A stretch of 47,425 nucleotides of DNA, from the NCBI GenBank assembly GCA_964552405.1, contig CAZKID010000002.1, positions 1-47,425 of the forward strand, read 5' to 3'. Source of the stretch: an uncultured Thermoanaerobaculia bacterium. GTDB taxonomy: Bacteria > Acidobacteriota > Thermoanaerobaculia > Gp7-AA8. The position numbers and the translations under genes are program-made. Shown piece by piece: positions 36,539-45,134 of the stretch (within the stretch, counting starts at the first letter, position 1; each line of letters opens with the position of its first letter). The notes under the pieces were generated by a model. That model saw only the letters and a program-made list of their open reading frames with translations. It made no database searches and had not been told where the DNA came from.

Positions 36539-37651
36539 ATGCCGCAACCTTCGTTCACTCTCGGAATCGAAGAAGAGTTTCAGGTAGTCGATCCTGATAC
36601 ACGCGAGCTGAAGTCGCACATTCAGGAGCTTTTCACTGAAGGCGCGAAGCGTCTGAAGGACGAGATCAAGCAGGAAATGCACGAGGCGGTGATCGAGGTC
36701 GGAACTCCGATCTGCCGCGACGTCGCGGAAGCGCGCCGAGAGGTGACGAGGCTGCGAGGAGAGATCATCCGGCTGACGCGCGAGAATGGATTGCGGATCG
36801 CCGCGGCCGGCTCTCATCCCATCTCCCATTGGGCGAGCGTCCCCATCACGTCGAACGATCGCTACGACAAGATCGTGTACGAGCTGCAGATGCTCGCGCG
36901 CGCGAACCTCATCTTCGGCCTGCACGTCCACGTTGCCGTCGAGGACAACGAAACGCGCATTGCGCTGATGAACGCAGCGCGCTACTTCCTCCCGCACATC
37001 TTCGCCCTTTCGGTGAACTCACCGTTCTGGTGCGGGCAAAACACCGGTTGGAAAAGCTATCGCGCGAAAGTATTCGAGCGCTTCCCGCGCACGGGCCTCC
37101 CGGATTACTTCCGCGACTGGGCCGAATACGATCAATACGTGCAGATCCTCATTCGCACGAACTGCATCGACAACCCGAAAAAGATCTGGTGGGACGTTCG
37201 TCCGCATCCGTTCTTTCCGACGCTCGAGTACCGGATCTGCGACGTACCGATGCGCATCGACGAGACCATCTGCTTCGCTGCGTTGTTCCAGGCGATCACG
37301 AAGAAGCTCTACAAAATCTACGCGCAGAACATGGGCTGGCGTCTCTACCGGCGGTCATTGCTCAATGAGAACAAGTCGCGGGCAGCGCGTTTCGGCATCG
37401 AGGGAAAACTCATCGATTTCGGTAAACGCGAGGAGGTGCCGTTCGGCCTGCTTCTCGATGAGTTGCTCGAGTTCGTGGATGATGTCGTCGACGAGCTCGG
37501 TTCTCGTAACGAGGTGTATTACGCTCGCGAGATCGTGAAGCATCGGACCGGGGCTGATCGCCAGCTCATGGCCTTCGAGAAGCGGAAGGATCTTCGCGAC
37601 GTCGTCGACTATCTCATCCAGGAAACGGAGCTCGGCACCAACATTGCCTGA
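36539..37651 (+). CDS. carboxylate-amine ligase, YbdK / GCS2 (glutamate-cysteine ligase family 2)
   Basis: Start 'MPQPSFTLGIEEEFQVVD', the hallmark YbdK N-terminus. Also 'GLHVHVAV', 'SVNSPFW' and 'WWDVRPHP'. Confidence 0.85.
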   Translation: MPQPSFTLGIEEEFQVVDPDTRELKSHIQELFTEGAKRLKDEIKQEMHEAVIEVGTPICRDVAEARREVTRLRGEIIRLTRENGLRIAAAGSHPISHWASVPITSNDRYDKIVYELQMLARANLIFGLHVHVAVEDNETRIALMNAARYFLPHIFALSVNSPFWCGQNTGWKSYRAKVFERFPRTGLPDYFRDWAEYDQYVQILIRTNCIDNPKKIWWDVRPHPFFPTLEYRICDVPMRIDETICFAALFQAITKKLYKIYAQNMGWRLYRRSLLNENKSRAARFGIEGKLIDFGKREEVPFGLLLDELLEFVDDVVDELGSRNEVYYAREIVKHRTGADRQLMAFEKRKDLRDVVDYLIQETELGTNIA

Positions 37652-37667
37652 TTCAGCCACGCTGTTC

Positions 37668-38630
37668 ATGACACGCCAAGACATTCACGCGCAGTACGAC
37701 TTCTTCGAATACGCGCCTCCCGGCGAGGCCATGCCTCCCGAGGACACTTCGAAGATCGACATCGCGATCCTCGACATGAATCATTCATGGCCGAACGTCG
37801 GTCATGACTCGCTCGTGCACGCCGTGCTCGAGTGCGCCGAGGAACATCGCGAGGAGCTGGTGAGCCGCGAGTTGAAGATTCGCGTGATCACGTTCGACGT
37901 GCGACGCCGCATCGAAGTGCCGCCGTCGCCGAATGGCCGTTTCCGCTTCTATATCGGAACCGGCGGCCCGGGCCATCTCGATCCGCGCTGTAACGATGGC
38001 GTGAGCGAAGTCTCACAGGGCATTCGCGAGACCGGCGAATGGGAAGCACCGCTGTTCCGGCTCTTCGATGACATCCTCGCGCATCCGCAAGCGGGGTTGC
38101 TGGCGGTGTGTCACTCGTTCGGTCTGCTCTGCCGCTGGTCGGGCGCTGCGCATCCGCGTCTTCGCGAGAAGAAGAGCGACGGCATGCCGGTCAACGCTCT
38201 CTCTCCGGCTGCGAAGGACCATCCGTGGTTCTCCCAGTTTGCGAAGAAGCTCGATGACGGCAAACACTTCGTCGTCGTCGACAACCGGATGTTCGATCTC
38301 GTTCTGGATGGCGGCGACGTGACTCCGCTCGCATTCGACAGCGACGGCAGCGACGCGATGACGATGGCGGAATTCGCACGCACTGGCGACATGCCGCGCA
38401 TCCTCGGCGTCAATCATCATCCGGAGATCATCGACCGCGACCATGTTCTGACAGTCGTAGAAGAGAAGTGGCGCCGCGGCGAAGTCACGCGTAAGTGGTA
38501 CGAGGAGCGGCTGCACACGCTCGAGAAAGAGATGATCGGACCCAACGTCGAGCGCAGCCGGATCACGTCGGAATACACGCTTCTCGGCGTCCTGCGCCAT
38601 CACATCGCGTCGCTCATCGCCAATCGATGA
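37668..38630 (+). CDS. class I glutamine-amidotransferase-like protein
   Basis: Frame open from TTG 37644; ATG 37668 ('MTRQDIHAQ') preferred. 'IAILDMNHSWPNVG', nucleophile elbow 'AVCHSFG', and a His/Glu pair 'NHHPE'. Confidence 0.7.
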   Translation: MTRQDIHAQYDFFEYAPPGEAMPPEDTSKIDIAILDMNHSWPNVGHDSLVHAVLECAEEHREELVSRELKIRVITFDVRRRIEVPPSPNGRFRFYIGTGGPGHLDPRCNDGVSEVSQGIRETGEWEAPLFRLFDDILAHPQAGLLAVCHSFGLLCRWSGAAHPRLREKKSDGMPVNALSPAAKDHPWFSQFAKKLDDGKHFVVVDNRMFDLVLDGGDVTPLAFDSDGSDAMTMAEFARTGDMPRILGVNHHPEIIDRDHVLTVVEEKWRRGEVTRKWYEERLHTLEKEMIGPNVERSRITSEYTLLGVLRHHIASLIANR

Positions 38631-38636
38631 AAGCTC

Positions 38637-38708
38637 GTCATCCTGAGCGGAGCGAAGGACCTCCCAGTCGCGCTGGAGGCCTTCGGCGTCTTCGCGCCTC
38701 AGGACGAC
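38637..38708. repeat. REP-like palindromic element, family A
   Basis: 'gtcatcctgagcggagcgaaggacctccc' pairs with 'ggaggccttcggcgtcttcgcgcctcaggacgac'. Same core as 21490-21559. Confidence 0.75.
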
Positions 38709-38778
38709 ACACGTTCTGGCGCTGGCTGATCAAACACATGCACTCCTCCAACTTCCGGGCGCAGTAAACTCTGCGGGC

Positions 38779-39981
38779 ATGGATCCGCACTACCGCGCAC
38801 TCTTCAACGACCAGATCGACGATGCGCGCTACCAGTGGTACCAGCAGGAGCTGGAACAGCGCCTCGATTGCGAGTTCGAATTCCGCCTCGCGGAAACACC
38901 GCTCTTCCTGACGGATGATTTTCGCCGGCGCGCGATCGAAAGCGCGACCGCGGTCGTCGAGCAGCTTTCCAATCCCGAAACGATCGCGCGGATGCGCGAG
39001 GCGATTCCGGAGCGCTGGAACACACCGGGCATGGATGCATTGCCGAATTTTTCGCAGGTCGATTTCGCAGTCGTCGAGGAGAATGGCACGCTCGTTCCGA
39101 AGCTGATCGAGCTGCAGGGGTTTCCTTCCCTCACCAGTTTTCAGATCGTGCAGCGCGATGTGTGGGTCGACACGCTGCATCAAATGGAAGGCTTCGAGGA
39201 CAAGTGGACTTCGTGGTTCAGCGGCTACGACCGCGAATCGTTTGTCGAGCTCGCGCGCCGCACGATCTGCGGGACGCACGATCCGGCCGAAGTGATCCTC
39301 ATGGACATCGATCCGCCAACGCAGAAGACTTCGCCCGATTTTCACGCGACGAAACTGCTCTTTGGTGTCGACGCCGTCGATCCCATGCATCTCATCAAAC
39401 GCGGAAGGCAACTGTTCCGGCAGGACGGGACTCGCGTGCGCCGCATCTACAACCGCGTCGTTTTCGATGAGCTGCTCAAGAAGAATCTCGAACTGCCGTT
39501 CGACTATCGCGAAGAGCTCGACGTCGAGTGGGCTCCTCATCCGAACTGGTACTGGGTCTGGTCGAAGTACTCGCTGCCGTTCCTCGATCATCCATCCGTG
39601 CCGCGTTCGACGTTCGTTTCGGATCTCGAGCACGTGCCGGACGACTTCGAACAGCGCTACGTGCTGAAGCCGCTCTTCTCATTCGCCGGCGGCGGAGTCA
39701 ACGTCGAACCGACGCGGGCTGACCTCGCCGCAATTCCGGCGGACGAGCGCCATGCGTGGTGCATTCAGGAGAAGATCTCGTACGAACCGGCGCTGAAAGC
39801 GCCCGATGGCGGTGTGAAGGCGGAGATCCGAATGATGTTTCTTCGGCCGGACGACGAGGCGAAACCGATCCTTTCGCAAAATCTCGTGCGGCTCTCACGC
39901 GGCAAGATGCTCGGCGTCGACTTCAACAAGCAGTACACGTGGGTCGGTTCGACTGTTGCACTCTTCCCGGAGCGTGAGTGA
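38779..39981 (+). CDS. conserved hypothetical protein, possibly ATP-grasp / glutathionylspermidine-synthase-like (weak)
   Basis: 400-aa ORF with coding-like composition and a clean ATG. 'LVPKLIELQGFPS' and 'YVLKPLFSFAGGGV' are reminiscent of ATP-grasp nucleotide-binding strands. This is judged by eye only. Confidence 0.55.
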   Translation: MDPHYRALFNDQIDDARYQWYQQELEQRLDCEFEFRLAETPLFLTDDFRRRAIESATAVVEQLSNPETIARMREAIPERWNTPGMDALPNFSQVDFAVVEENGTLVPKLIELQGFPSLTSFQIVQRDVWVDTLHQMEGFEDKWTSWFSGYDRESFVELARRTICGTHDPAEVILMDIDPPTQKTSPDFHATKLLFGVDAVDPMHLIKRGRQLFRQDGTRVRRIYNRVVFDELLKKNLELPFDYREELDVEWAPHPNWYWVWSKYSLPFLDHPSVPRSTFVSDLEHVPDDFEQRYVLKPLFSFAGGGVNVEPTRADLAAIPADERHAWCIQEKISYEPALKAPDGGVKAEIRMMFLRPDDEAKPILSQNLVRLSRGKMLGVDFNKQYTWVGSTVALFPERE

Positions 39982-40588
39982 GCCCCTGATTCCTACACGC
40001 CCTTCGATCCCGAAACTCAAATCGGCGGCGGCAGGATGTACCGCGTGCGATCTCTACAAAAGGGGAACGCAGACCGTCTTCGGCGAAGGGAAGCAGAGCT
40101 CGACCGTCATGTTCATCGGCGAGCAGCCCGGCGACCGGGAAGATCTCACCGGCAGACCCTTTGTTGGACCCGCGGGTGGCCTGTTCAACAAGGCACTCGA
40201 GGAAGCCGGTATCGATCGCACGAGTATCTACGTAACGAACGTCGTCAAGCACTTCAAATGGGAGCCGCGGGGCAAGCGGCGCATTCACAAGAAACCGAAC
40301 GCCGCCGAGATCCAGGCGTGCCGGCCATGGCTCGATGCGGAGATTCGCGTGATCAGGCCGCGCGCGATCATCTGTCTCGGCTCGACTTCGGCGCAGGCCG
40401 TGATCGGATCGACGTTCCGCGTCTCCATCGAGCGAGGACACTTCGTAAAGTCGGATCTCGCACCACTCGTCACGGCAACCGTGCATCCATCGTCGATCCT
40501 GCGCGCTCCGACCGCGGATGCAAGACGAAGAGAGACGGCGCGATTCATCGCCGATCTCAAGAAGATCCGCGAGGCGTTGTCATCCTGA
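39974..40588 (+). CDS. udgX: family-4-type uracil-DNA glycosylase of the UdgX subtype
   Basis: 'CTACDLY' (Fe-S Cys), motif A 'GEQPGDRED', 'VKHFKWEPRGKRRIHKKP' (KRRIH loop) and motif B 'HPSSILRAP'. Start GTG 39974 or TTG 39956. Confidence 0.85.
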   Translation: MSEPLIPTRPSIPKLKSAAAGCTACDLYKRGTQTVFGEGKQSSTVMFIGEQPGDREDLTGRPFVGPAGGLFNKALEEAGIDRTSIYVTNVVKHFKWEPRGKRRIHKKPNAAEIQACRPWLDAEIRVIRPRAIICLGSTSAQAVIGSTFRVSIERGHFVKSDLAPLVTATVHPSSILRAPTADARRRETARFIADLKKIREALSS

Positions 40589-40603
40589 GCTTCAGGATGT
40601 CAC
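40579..40603. repeat. truncated family-A palindrome acting as a likely terminator hairpin after udgX
   Basis: 'gtcatcctgagcttcaggatgtcac' has an 8-bp perfect stem catcctga/tcaggatg. The udgX stop TGA (40586-40588) lies inside the left arm. Confidence 0.5.
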
Positions 40604-40630
40604 TCTACAAATCGTGGATGCCGGACTCCG

Positions 40631-40646
40631 GTTTTCTCAGGAAAAC
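40631..40646. promoter_or_regulatory. perfect palindrome GTTTTC-N4-GAAAAC just upstream of the recA -35 (candidate operator)
   Basis: 'gttttctcaggaaaac' at 40631-40646, 9 nt upstream of the TTGACC box. Confidence 0.3.
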
Positions 40647-40655
40647 GCGCATTTC

Positions 40656-40684
40656 TTGACCGCATCCGGACACGCCCGTACACT
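40656..40684 (+). promoter_or_regulatory. sigma70-like promoter TTGACC-N17-TACACT upstream of recA
   Basis: TTGACC at 40656-40661, a 17-nt spacer, then TACACT at 40679-40684. recA has AAAGGAG 8-9 nt before its ATG. Confidence 0.5.
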
Positions 40685-40791
40685 CGCCTCACCACTTGAA
40701 ATGCCCATGATTTCGACCTTTCACTCGCGCCTCTCCTCGGCGACGACCACCTGAAATCAAACTGAACGCCAAAAGAAAAGGAGCAGGCAAT

Positions 40792-41862
40792 ATGGCCACG
40801 ATCCCATCAGACAAATTGAAAGCCGCCGAGACGGCGCTCACCCAGATCGAGCGTCAATTCGGCAAGGGCTCGATCATGCGCCTCGGCGCCAAGGAGTTCA
40901 GCGCGATCAGCGCGATCTCTACCGGGTCAATCGGCGTCGACGCCGCACTCGGCGTTGGCGGCGTACCGCGCGGCCGCATCGTCGAGATCTTCGGACCGGA
41001 GTCGTCCGGTAAAACGACCCTCTCTCTTCACATCATCGCGGAAGCCCAGCGCCTCGGCGGGCTCGCTGCATTCATCGACGCAGAGCACGCGCTCGACGCC
41101 GAGTACGCCAAGAAGCTGGGTGTCGACATCGACAACCTCCTCGTCTCGCAGCCGGATTCAGGAGAGCAGGCGCTGGAGATCGCCGAAGTGCTCGTGCGGA
41201 GCAACTCGATCGACGTGATCGTCATCGACTCGGTCGCGGCACTCGTGCCGCGCGCGGAGCTCGAGGGTGAGATGGGCGATTCTCATGTCGGTTTACAGGC
41301 ACGATTGATGTCGCAGGCGCTGCGCAAATTAACAGGCATCGTTGCGAAATCAAAAACGTGCATGATTTTCATCAACCAGATCCGTGAAAAAATTGGTGTC
41401 ATGTTCGGCAACCCCGAGACCACGACCGGCGGCCGCGCTCTCAAGTTCTACTCCTCGGTCCGCCTCGACATCCGCCGCACCAACCAGATCAAGGAAGGCG
41501 AAGAAGTCGTCGGCTCCCGCGTCAAAGTCAAAGTCGTGAAGAACAAGTGCGCCGCACCGTTCCGCCAGGCGGAGTTCGATGTCGGCTATGGCGAGGGCAT
41601 CTCCAAGATGGGTGAGCTGCTCGACATCGGTCTCGAGAACAAGATCATCGAGAAGTCCGGCTCCTGGTTCTCGTACGGCGATCTCCGTCTCGGACAGGGT
41701 CGCGAGAACTCCAAGGCGTTCATCAGGGAGAACTCCGATCTCTCCGCCGAGATCGAAGGCAAGGTTCGTCGCGCCCTGGGAATCGGTACGCCGGAGCTCA
41801 CTGTCATCGAAGGCGGCGACGCGGCACCCACGCCCGTCAAAGAACGCATCGTAAGGAAGTAA
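40792..41862 (+). CDS. recA: recombinase RecA
   Basis: '[18 protein letters not shown]', Walker A 'GPESSGKTT', 'FIDAEHALD' and '[23 protein letters not shown]'. Confidence 0.97.
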   Translation: MATIPSDKLKAAETALTQIERQFGKGSIMRLGAKEFSAISAISTGSIGVDAALGVGGVPRGRIVEIFGPESSGKTTLSLHIIAEAQRLGGLAAFIDAEHALDAEYAKKLGVDIDNLLVSQPDSGEQALEIAEVLVRSNSIDVIVIDSVAALVPRAELEGEMGDSHVGLQARLMSQALRKLTGIVAKSKTCMIFINQIREKIGVMFGNPETTTGGRALKFYSSVRLDIRRTNQIKEGEEVVGSRVKVKVVKNKCAAPFRQAEFDVGYGEGISKMGELLDIGLENKIIEKSGSWFSYGDLRLGQGRENSKAFIRENSDLSAEIEGKVRRALGIGTPELTVIEGGDAAPTPVKERIVRK

Positions 41863-41868
41863 TCTAGG

Positions 41869-42624
41869 GTGGGTGAGGGAGCGAAATGCTCCCTCATCCA
41901 TCGTTTCATGCGTCTCGATCAAGCCGTCGCCGCCCGCTTCCCGCAATACTCCCGACGCAAGGCTCGTGAGTTGATCTCCGCGCGGCGCGTGCTCGTCAAC
42001 GACAAGCCCGTGGCCGTCGCGTCTCGTGAAGTTGGCGAATCCGCTCGCATCACCATCGTCGAGGAGCTCTCAGCACTCGACATCATTCGCGAGTCCACCG
42101 CGTGGGTCGCCGTAAACAAGCCGGCGGATCTGCCGACGCAACCACCCGCTGATCGCCGCACGCGTTCGCTCGAAGAGCTGCTTCGCGTGCAGTACGGCGA
42201 GATCTACCTGATCCATCGACTCGACACGCCGGCCAGCGGCGTCGTGATCTTTGCGCGAACGCGGGAGTGCGCAGCGCGCCTCTCGGGATTCTTCGCGACC
42301 CGAGCGGTTCGGAAGATCTATCTTGCGCGCGCCGTTGCGGCTGCGGCAATCGAGCAGGAGCTCATCATCGATTCTCCGATCGACGGGAAAGAGGCGATCA
42401 CACACGTCCGTCCCCACAAGGGTGACTTGATCGAGGTCGAGATCAAGACTGGCCGCACGCACCAGATTCGCCGCCATCTCGCTTCCATCGGTCATCCGCT
42501 GTTCGGCGACGCCCGTTATGGCGGGAAGCCCGCACCACGGCTCATGCTGCACGCGTGGAAACTCGAGGTCCCGGAGATCGGCGAGCTGATCGCGCCGCCA
42601 CCAGACGCGTTCGGTCCGCTTTGA
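41869..42624 (+). CDS. RluA-family pseudouridine synthase
   Basis: S4-like N-terminus ('[22 protein letters not shown]'), catalytic '[16 protein letters not shown]', and '[20 protein letters not shown]'. Start GTG 41869 or ATG 41908. Confidence 0.8.
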   Translation: MGEGAKCSLIHRFMRLDQAVAARFPQYSRRKARELISARRVLVNDKPVAVASREVGESARITIVEELSALDIIRESTAWVAVNKPADLPTQPPADRRTRSLEELLRVQYGEIYLIHRLDTPASGVVIFARTRECAARLSGFFATRAVRKIYLARAVAAAAIEQELIIDSPIDGKEAITHVRPHKGDLIEVEIKTGRTHQIRRHLASIGHPLFGDARYGGKPAPRLMLHAWKLEVPEIGELIAPPPDAFGPL

Positions 42625-42637
42625 TACGATCTCGCTC

Positions 42638-43174
42638 ATGGACCAGGTCATTCACGCCACCACCGTCATCTGTGTTCGCCGTGATGGACAGGTAGCGATG
42701 GCAGGTGATGGACAGGTCACCGTTGGCAACACGGTGATGAAGCACGGTGCCGCGAAGGTGCGCCGCCTCTATCACGACAAGATCATCGCGGGTTTCGCCG
42801 GCTCCGCGGCCGATGCGTTTGCACTGTTCGCGCGATTTGAGTCGAAGCTCGAGGAGTACCGCGGCAACATGGAGCGTGCAGTCGTCGAGCTCGCGAAGGA
42901 CTGGCGGCTCGACAAGTATCTGCGCCAGCTTCAGGCCTTCCTCATCGTGGCCAACGCGGAGCGGGCGTATCTGATCTCAGGCACCGGCGATCTCATCCAA
43001 CCCGACGACGGGATTCTCGCGATCGGTTCCGGGGGTCCGTACGCGCTCGCCGCGGCACGCGCCTTGATCAAATACACATCGATGCCCGCGGCCGACGTCG
43101 CGCGCGAGGCGATGCATATCGCCGCATCAATCTGCATTTATACGAACGACAACATCACGGTCGAGAGCCTCTAA
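42638..43174 (+). CDS. hslV: ATP-dependent protease subunit HslV
   Basis: '[23 protein letters not shown]' (N-terminal Thr nucleophile context) and '[14 protein letters not shown]'. Confidence 0.95.
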   Translation: MDQVIHATTVICVRRDGQVAMAGDGQVTVGNTVMKHGAAKVRRLYHDKIIAGFAGSAADAFALFARFESKLEEYRGNMERAVVELAKDWRLDKYLRQLQAFLIVANAERAYLISGTGDLIQPDDGILAIGSGGPYALAAARALIKYTSMPAADVAREAMHIAASICIYTNDNITVESL

Positions 43175-44571
43175 TGGTCAGACAACTGGGGAGCGAATAC
43201 GACGCTCCATCGATGGAACGGCTCACGCCGCACGAGATCGTGCGAGAGCTCGACAAATACATCGTTGGTCAGCGCGCTGCGAAGCGTGCCGTGGCCATCG
43301 CACTGCGGAACCGCTGGCGGAGACAACAGCTCGCGGCGGAGCTTCGCGACGAAATCGCGCCGAAGAACATCATCATGATCGGGCCGACAGGTGTCGGCAA
43401 GACGGAGATCGCGCGCCGTCTCGCCCGCCTCACACGTTCGCCATTCCTCAAGATCGAAGCCTCGAAGTTCACCGAAGTCGGCTATGTGGGCCGCGATGTC
43501 GAGTCGATCATTCGCGATCTGACGGAGATCGGCGTGAAGCTCGTGCGCGACGAAAAGAACCAACTCGTGCGCGAGACGGCCATTCGCAACGCTCGCGAGC
43601 GCATCCTCGACATCCTCCTTCCCGATTCACGCCGGCCGGCCGCGCGTCCCGCATTTGTCGCGACTCCCGTTCCCGACGAAGCGTCAAATGGTGAAACGCG
43701 AGAAAAGCTCGGCCGCTGGCTCGACGAAGGAAAACTCGACGAGCGCGAGATCGAAGTCGACGTCAAGGAACAGGGCTATCCGTCACTCGAGATCTTTACG
43801 CCGCAAGGCGTCGAAGAGATGGGGATCAACATCAAAGAGATGATGCCGGGTCTGTTCGGCGGAAAATCGAAGCGCAAGAAGATGCGGCTCGGCGACGCAA
43901 GGGAAGTGATCATCGCCGAAGAGGCAGAGAAGCTCGTCGATCAGCAGAATGTCGCGCGCGAAGCCATCGAGCGCGTCGAACAGAGCGGTATGGTGTTTCT
44001 CGATGAGATCGACAAGATCGCCGGCCGGCAGAATGCCTCGAACGGACCCGACATCTCGCGTGAAGGTGTGCAACGCGATCTGCTGCCGATCGTCGAAGGC
44101 ACTACCGTGAACACGAAGTACGGAATGGTGAAGACGGACCACATCCTCTTCATCGCCGCCGGCGCGTTTCACGTCTCGAAGCCCTCCGATCTGATCCCTG
44201 AACTGCAGGGACGTTTCCCCATTCGCGTCGAGCTCGAGTCCCTCACCGAAGAAGACTTCGGCCGCATTCTTCGCGAGCCGAAGAACGCGCTGACGATGCA
44301 ATACACGGCACTGCTCGGTACCGAAGGCGTGACGCTGCAGTTCGGCGACGACGCGATTTCCGAGATCGCGCGCTACGCCGCGCTCGTCAACGAGAAGACC
44401 GAGAACATCGGCGCCCGCCGGCTGCACACCATTCTCGAGCGGCTGCTCGACGAACTGTCCTTCGAGGCGTCCGAGATGAATGGCTCATCCGTCACGATCG
44501 ACGCCGCCTACGTGCAACGGGTCCTCGGCGAAACCGTGAAGGACGAGGACCTGAGCCGCTACGTGTTGTAG
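43174..44571 (+). CDS. hslU: ATP-dependent protease ATPase subunit HslU
   Basis: '[17 protein letters not shown]', Walker A '[15 protein letters not shown]' and 'VFLDEIDKI'. Start ATG 43174 (1-nt overlap with the hslV TAA) or ATG 43213. Confidence 0.95.
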   Translation: MVRQLGSEYDAPSMERLTPHEIVRELDKYIVGQRAAKRAVAIALRNRWRRQQLAAELRDEIAPKNIIMIGPTGVGKTEIARRLARLTRSPFLKIEASKFTEVGYVGRDVESIIRDLTEIGVKLVRDEKNQLVRETAIRNARERILDILLPDSRRPAARPAFVATPVPDEASNGETREKLGRWLDEGKLDEREIEVDVKEQGYPSLEIFTPQGVEEMGINIKEMMPGLFGGKSKRKKMRLGDAREVIIAEEAEKLVDQQNVAREAIERVEQSGMVFLDEIDKIAGRQNASNGPDISREGVQRDLLPIVEGTTVNTKYGMVKTDHILFIAAGAFHVSKPSDLIPELQGRFPIRVELESLTEEDFGRILREPKNALTMQYTALLGTEGVTLQFGDDAISEIARYAALVNEKTENIGARRLHTILERLLDELSFEASEMNGSSVTIDAAYVQRVLGETVKDEDLSRYVL

Positions 44572-44584
44572 GCACGAGTCATGA

Positions 44585-44603
44585 TTCCTCCCAGGCGGAG
44601 GAA
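44585..44603 (+). promoter_or_regulatory. hairpin pairing an anti-SD (TTCCTCC) with the hemerythrin gene SD (GGAGGAA)
   Basis: TTCCTCC at 44585-91, loop CAGGC, GGAGGAA at 44597-603, and ATG at 44609. Confidence 0.35.
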
Positions 44604-44608
44604 CACTC

Positions 44609-45085
44609 ATGGCAACCAGGAAACACTCGTCGAAGAAGAAGGCTGCACCGGCGCGCGACGCAATCGCACTGCTCAAACAGGATCATGAAAACGTACGCGG
44701 TCTTCTCGAGCGCGCAACGAAGTCGTCCGGCGAACGGCGCTCTCAACTTCTCTCGAAGATCGAGAACGAACTGAAAGTTCACACGCAGATCGAAGAAGAG
44801 ATCTTCTACCCGGCCTATCGTGATGCGGTCACGAAGAAGGACGATCGCAAGTTGTACTTCGAAGCCGTCGAAGAACATCGCGTGGTCGATCTCGTCATGC
44901 CCGATGTCGAAAACGGAACCGACGAGGAGATCTCCGCTCACGTCAAAGTTCTCAAAGAGCTCGTCGAACATCACGCAGACGAGGAAGAAAAATCGATGTT
45001 TCCGAAGGCACGCAAGGTCCTCGACCGCGACGAGCTGCGGACACTCGGCGAAGAACTCGCCGCGCGGAAGAAGGACCTCGCATAG
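44609..45085 (+). CDS. hemerythrin-domain protein
   Basis: 'LLKQDHENVRGLL', 'HTQIEEEIFYPA', 'EEHRVV' and 'LVEHHADEEE' give the H/E metal-ligand spacing typical of hemerythrin HHE cation-binding domains. Confidence 0.8.
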   Translation: MATRKHSSKKKAAPARDAIALLKQDHENVRGLLERATKSSGERRSQLLSKIENELKVHTQIEEEIFYPAYRDAVTKKDDRKLYFEAVEEHRVVDLVMPDVENGTDEEISAHVKVLKELVEHHADEEEKSMFPKARKVLDRDELRTLGEELAARKKDLA

Positions 45086-45134
45086 AGAATAGACGCCGTC
45101 TCTGTTCCCCCCGTACTTCCCAATCGGGGGAGCG

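Noticed and set aside
45107-45130. CCCCCG/CGGGGG stem overlapping the SD of the SBBP beta-propeller gene.
   Set aside because: It has only 6 bp with an 11-nt loop and low complexity. It resembles the hemerythrin anti-SD idea but is much weaker.
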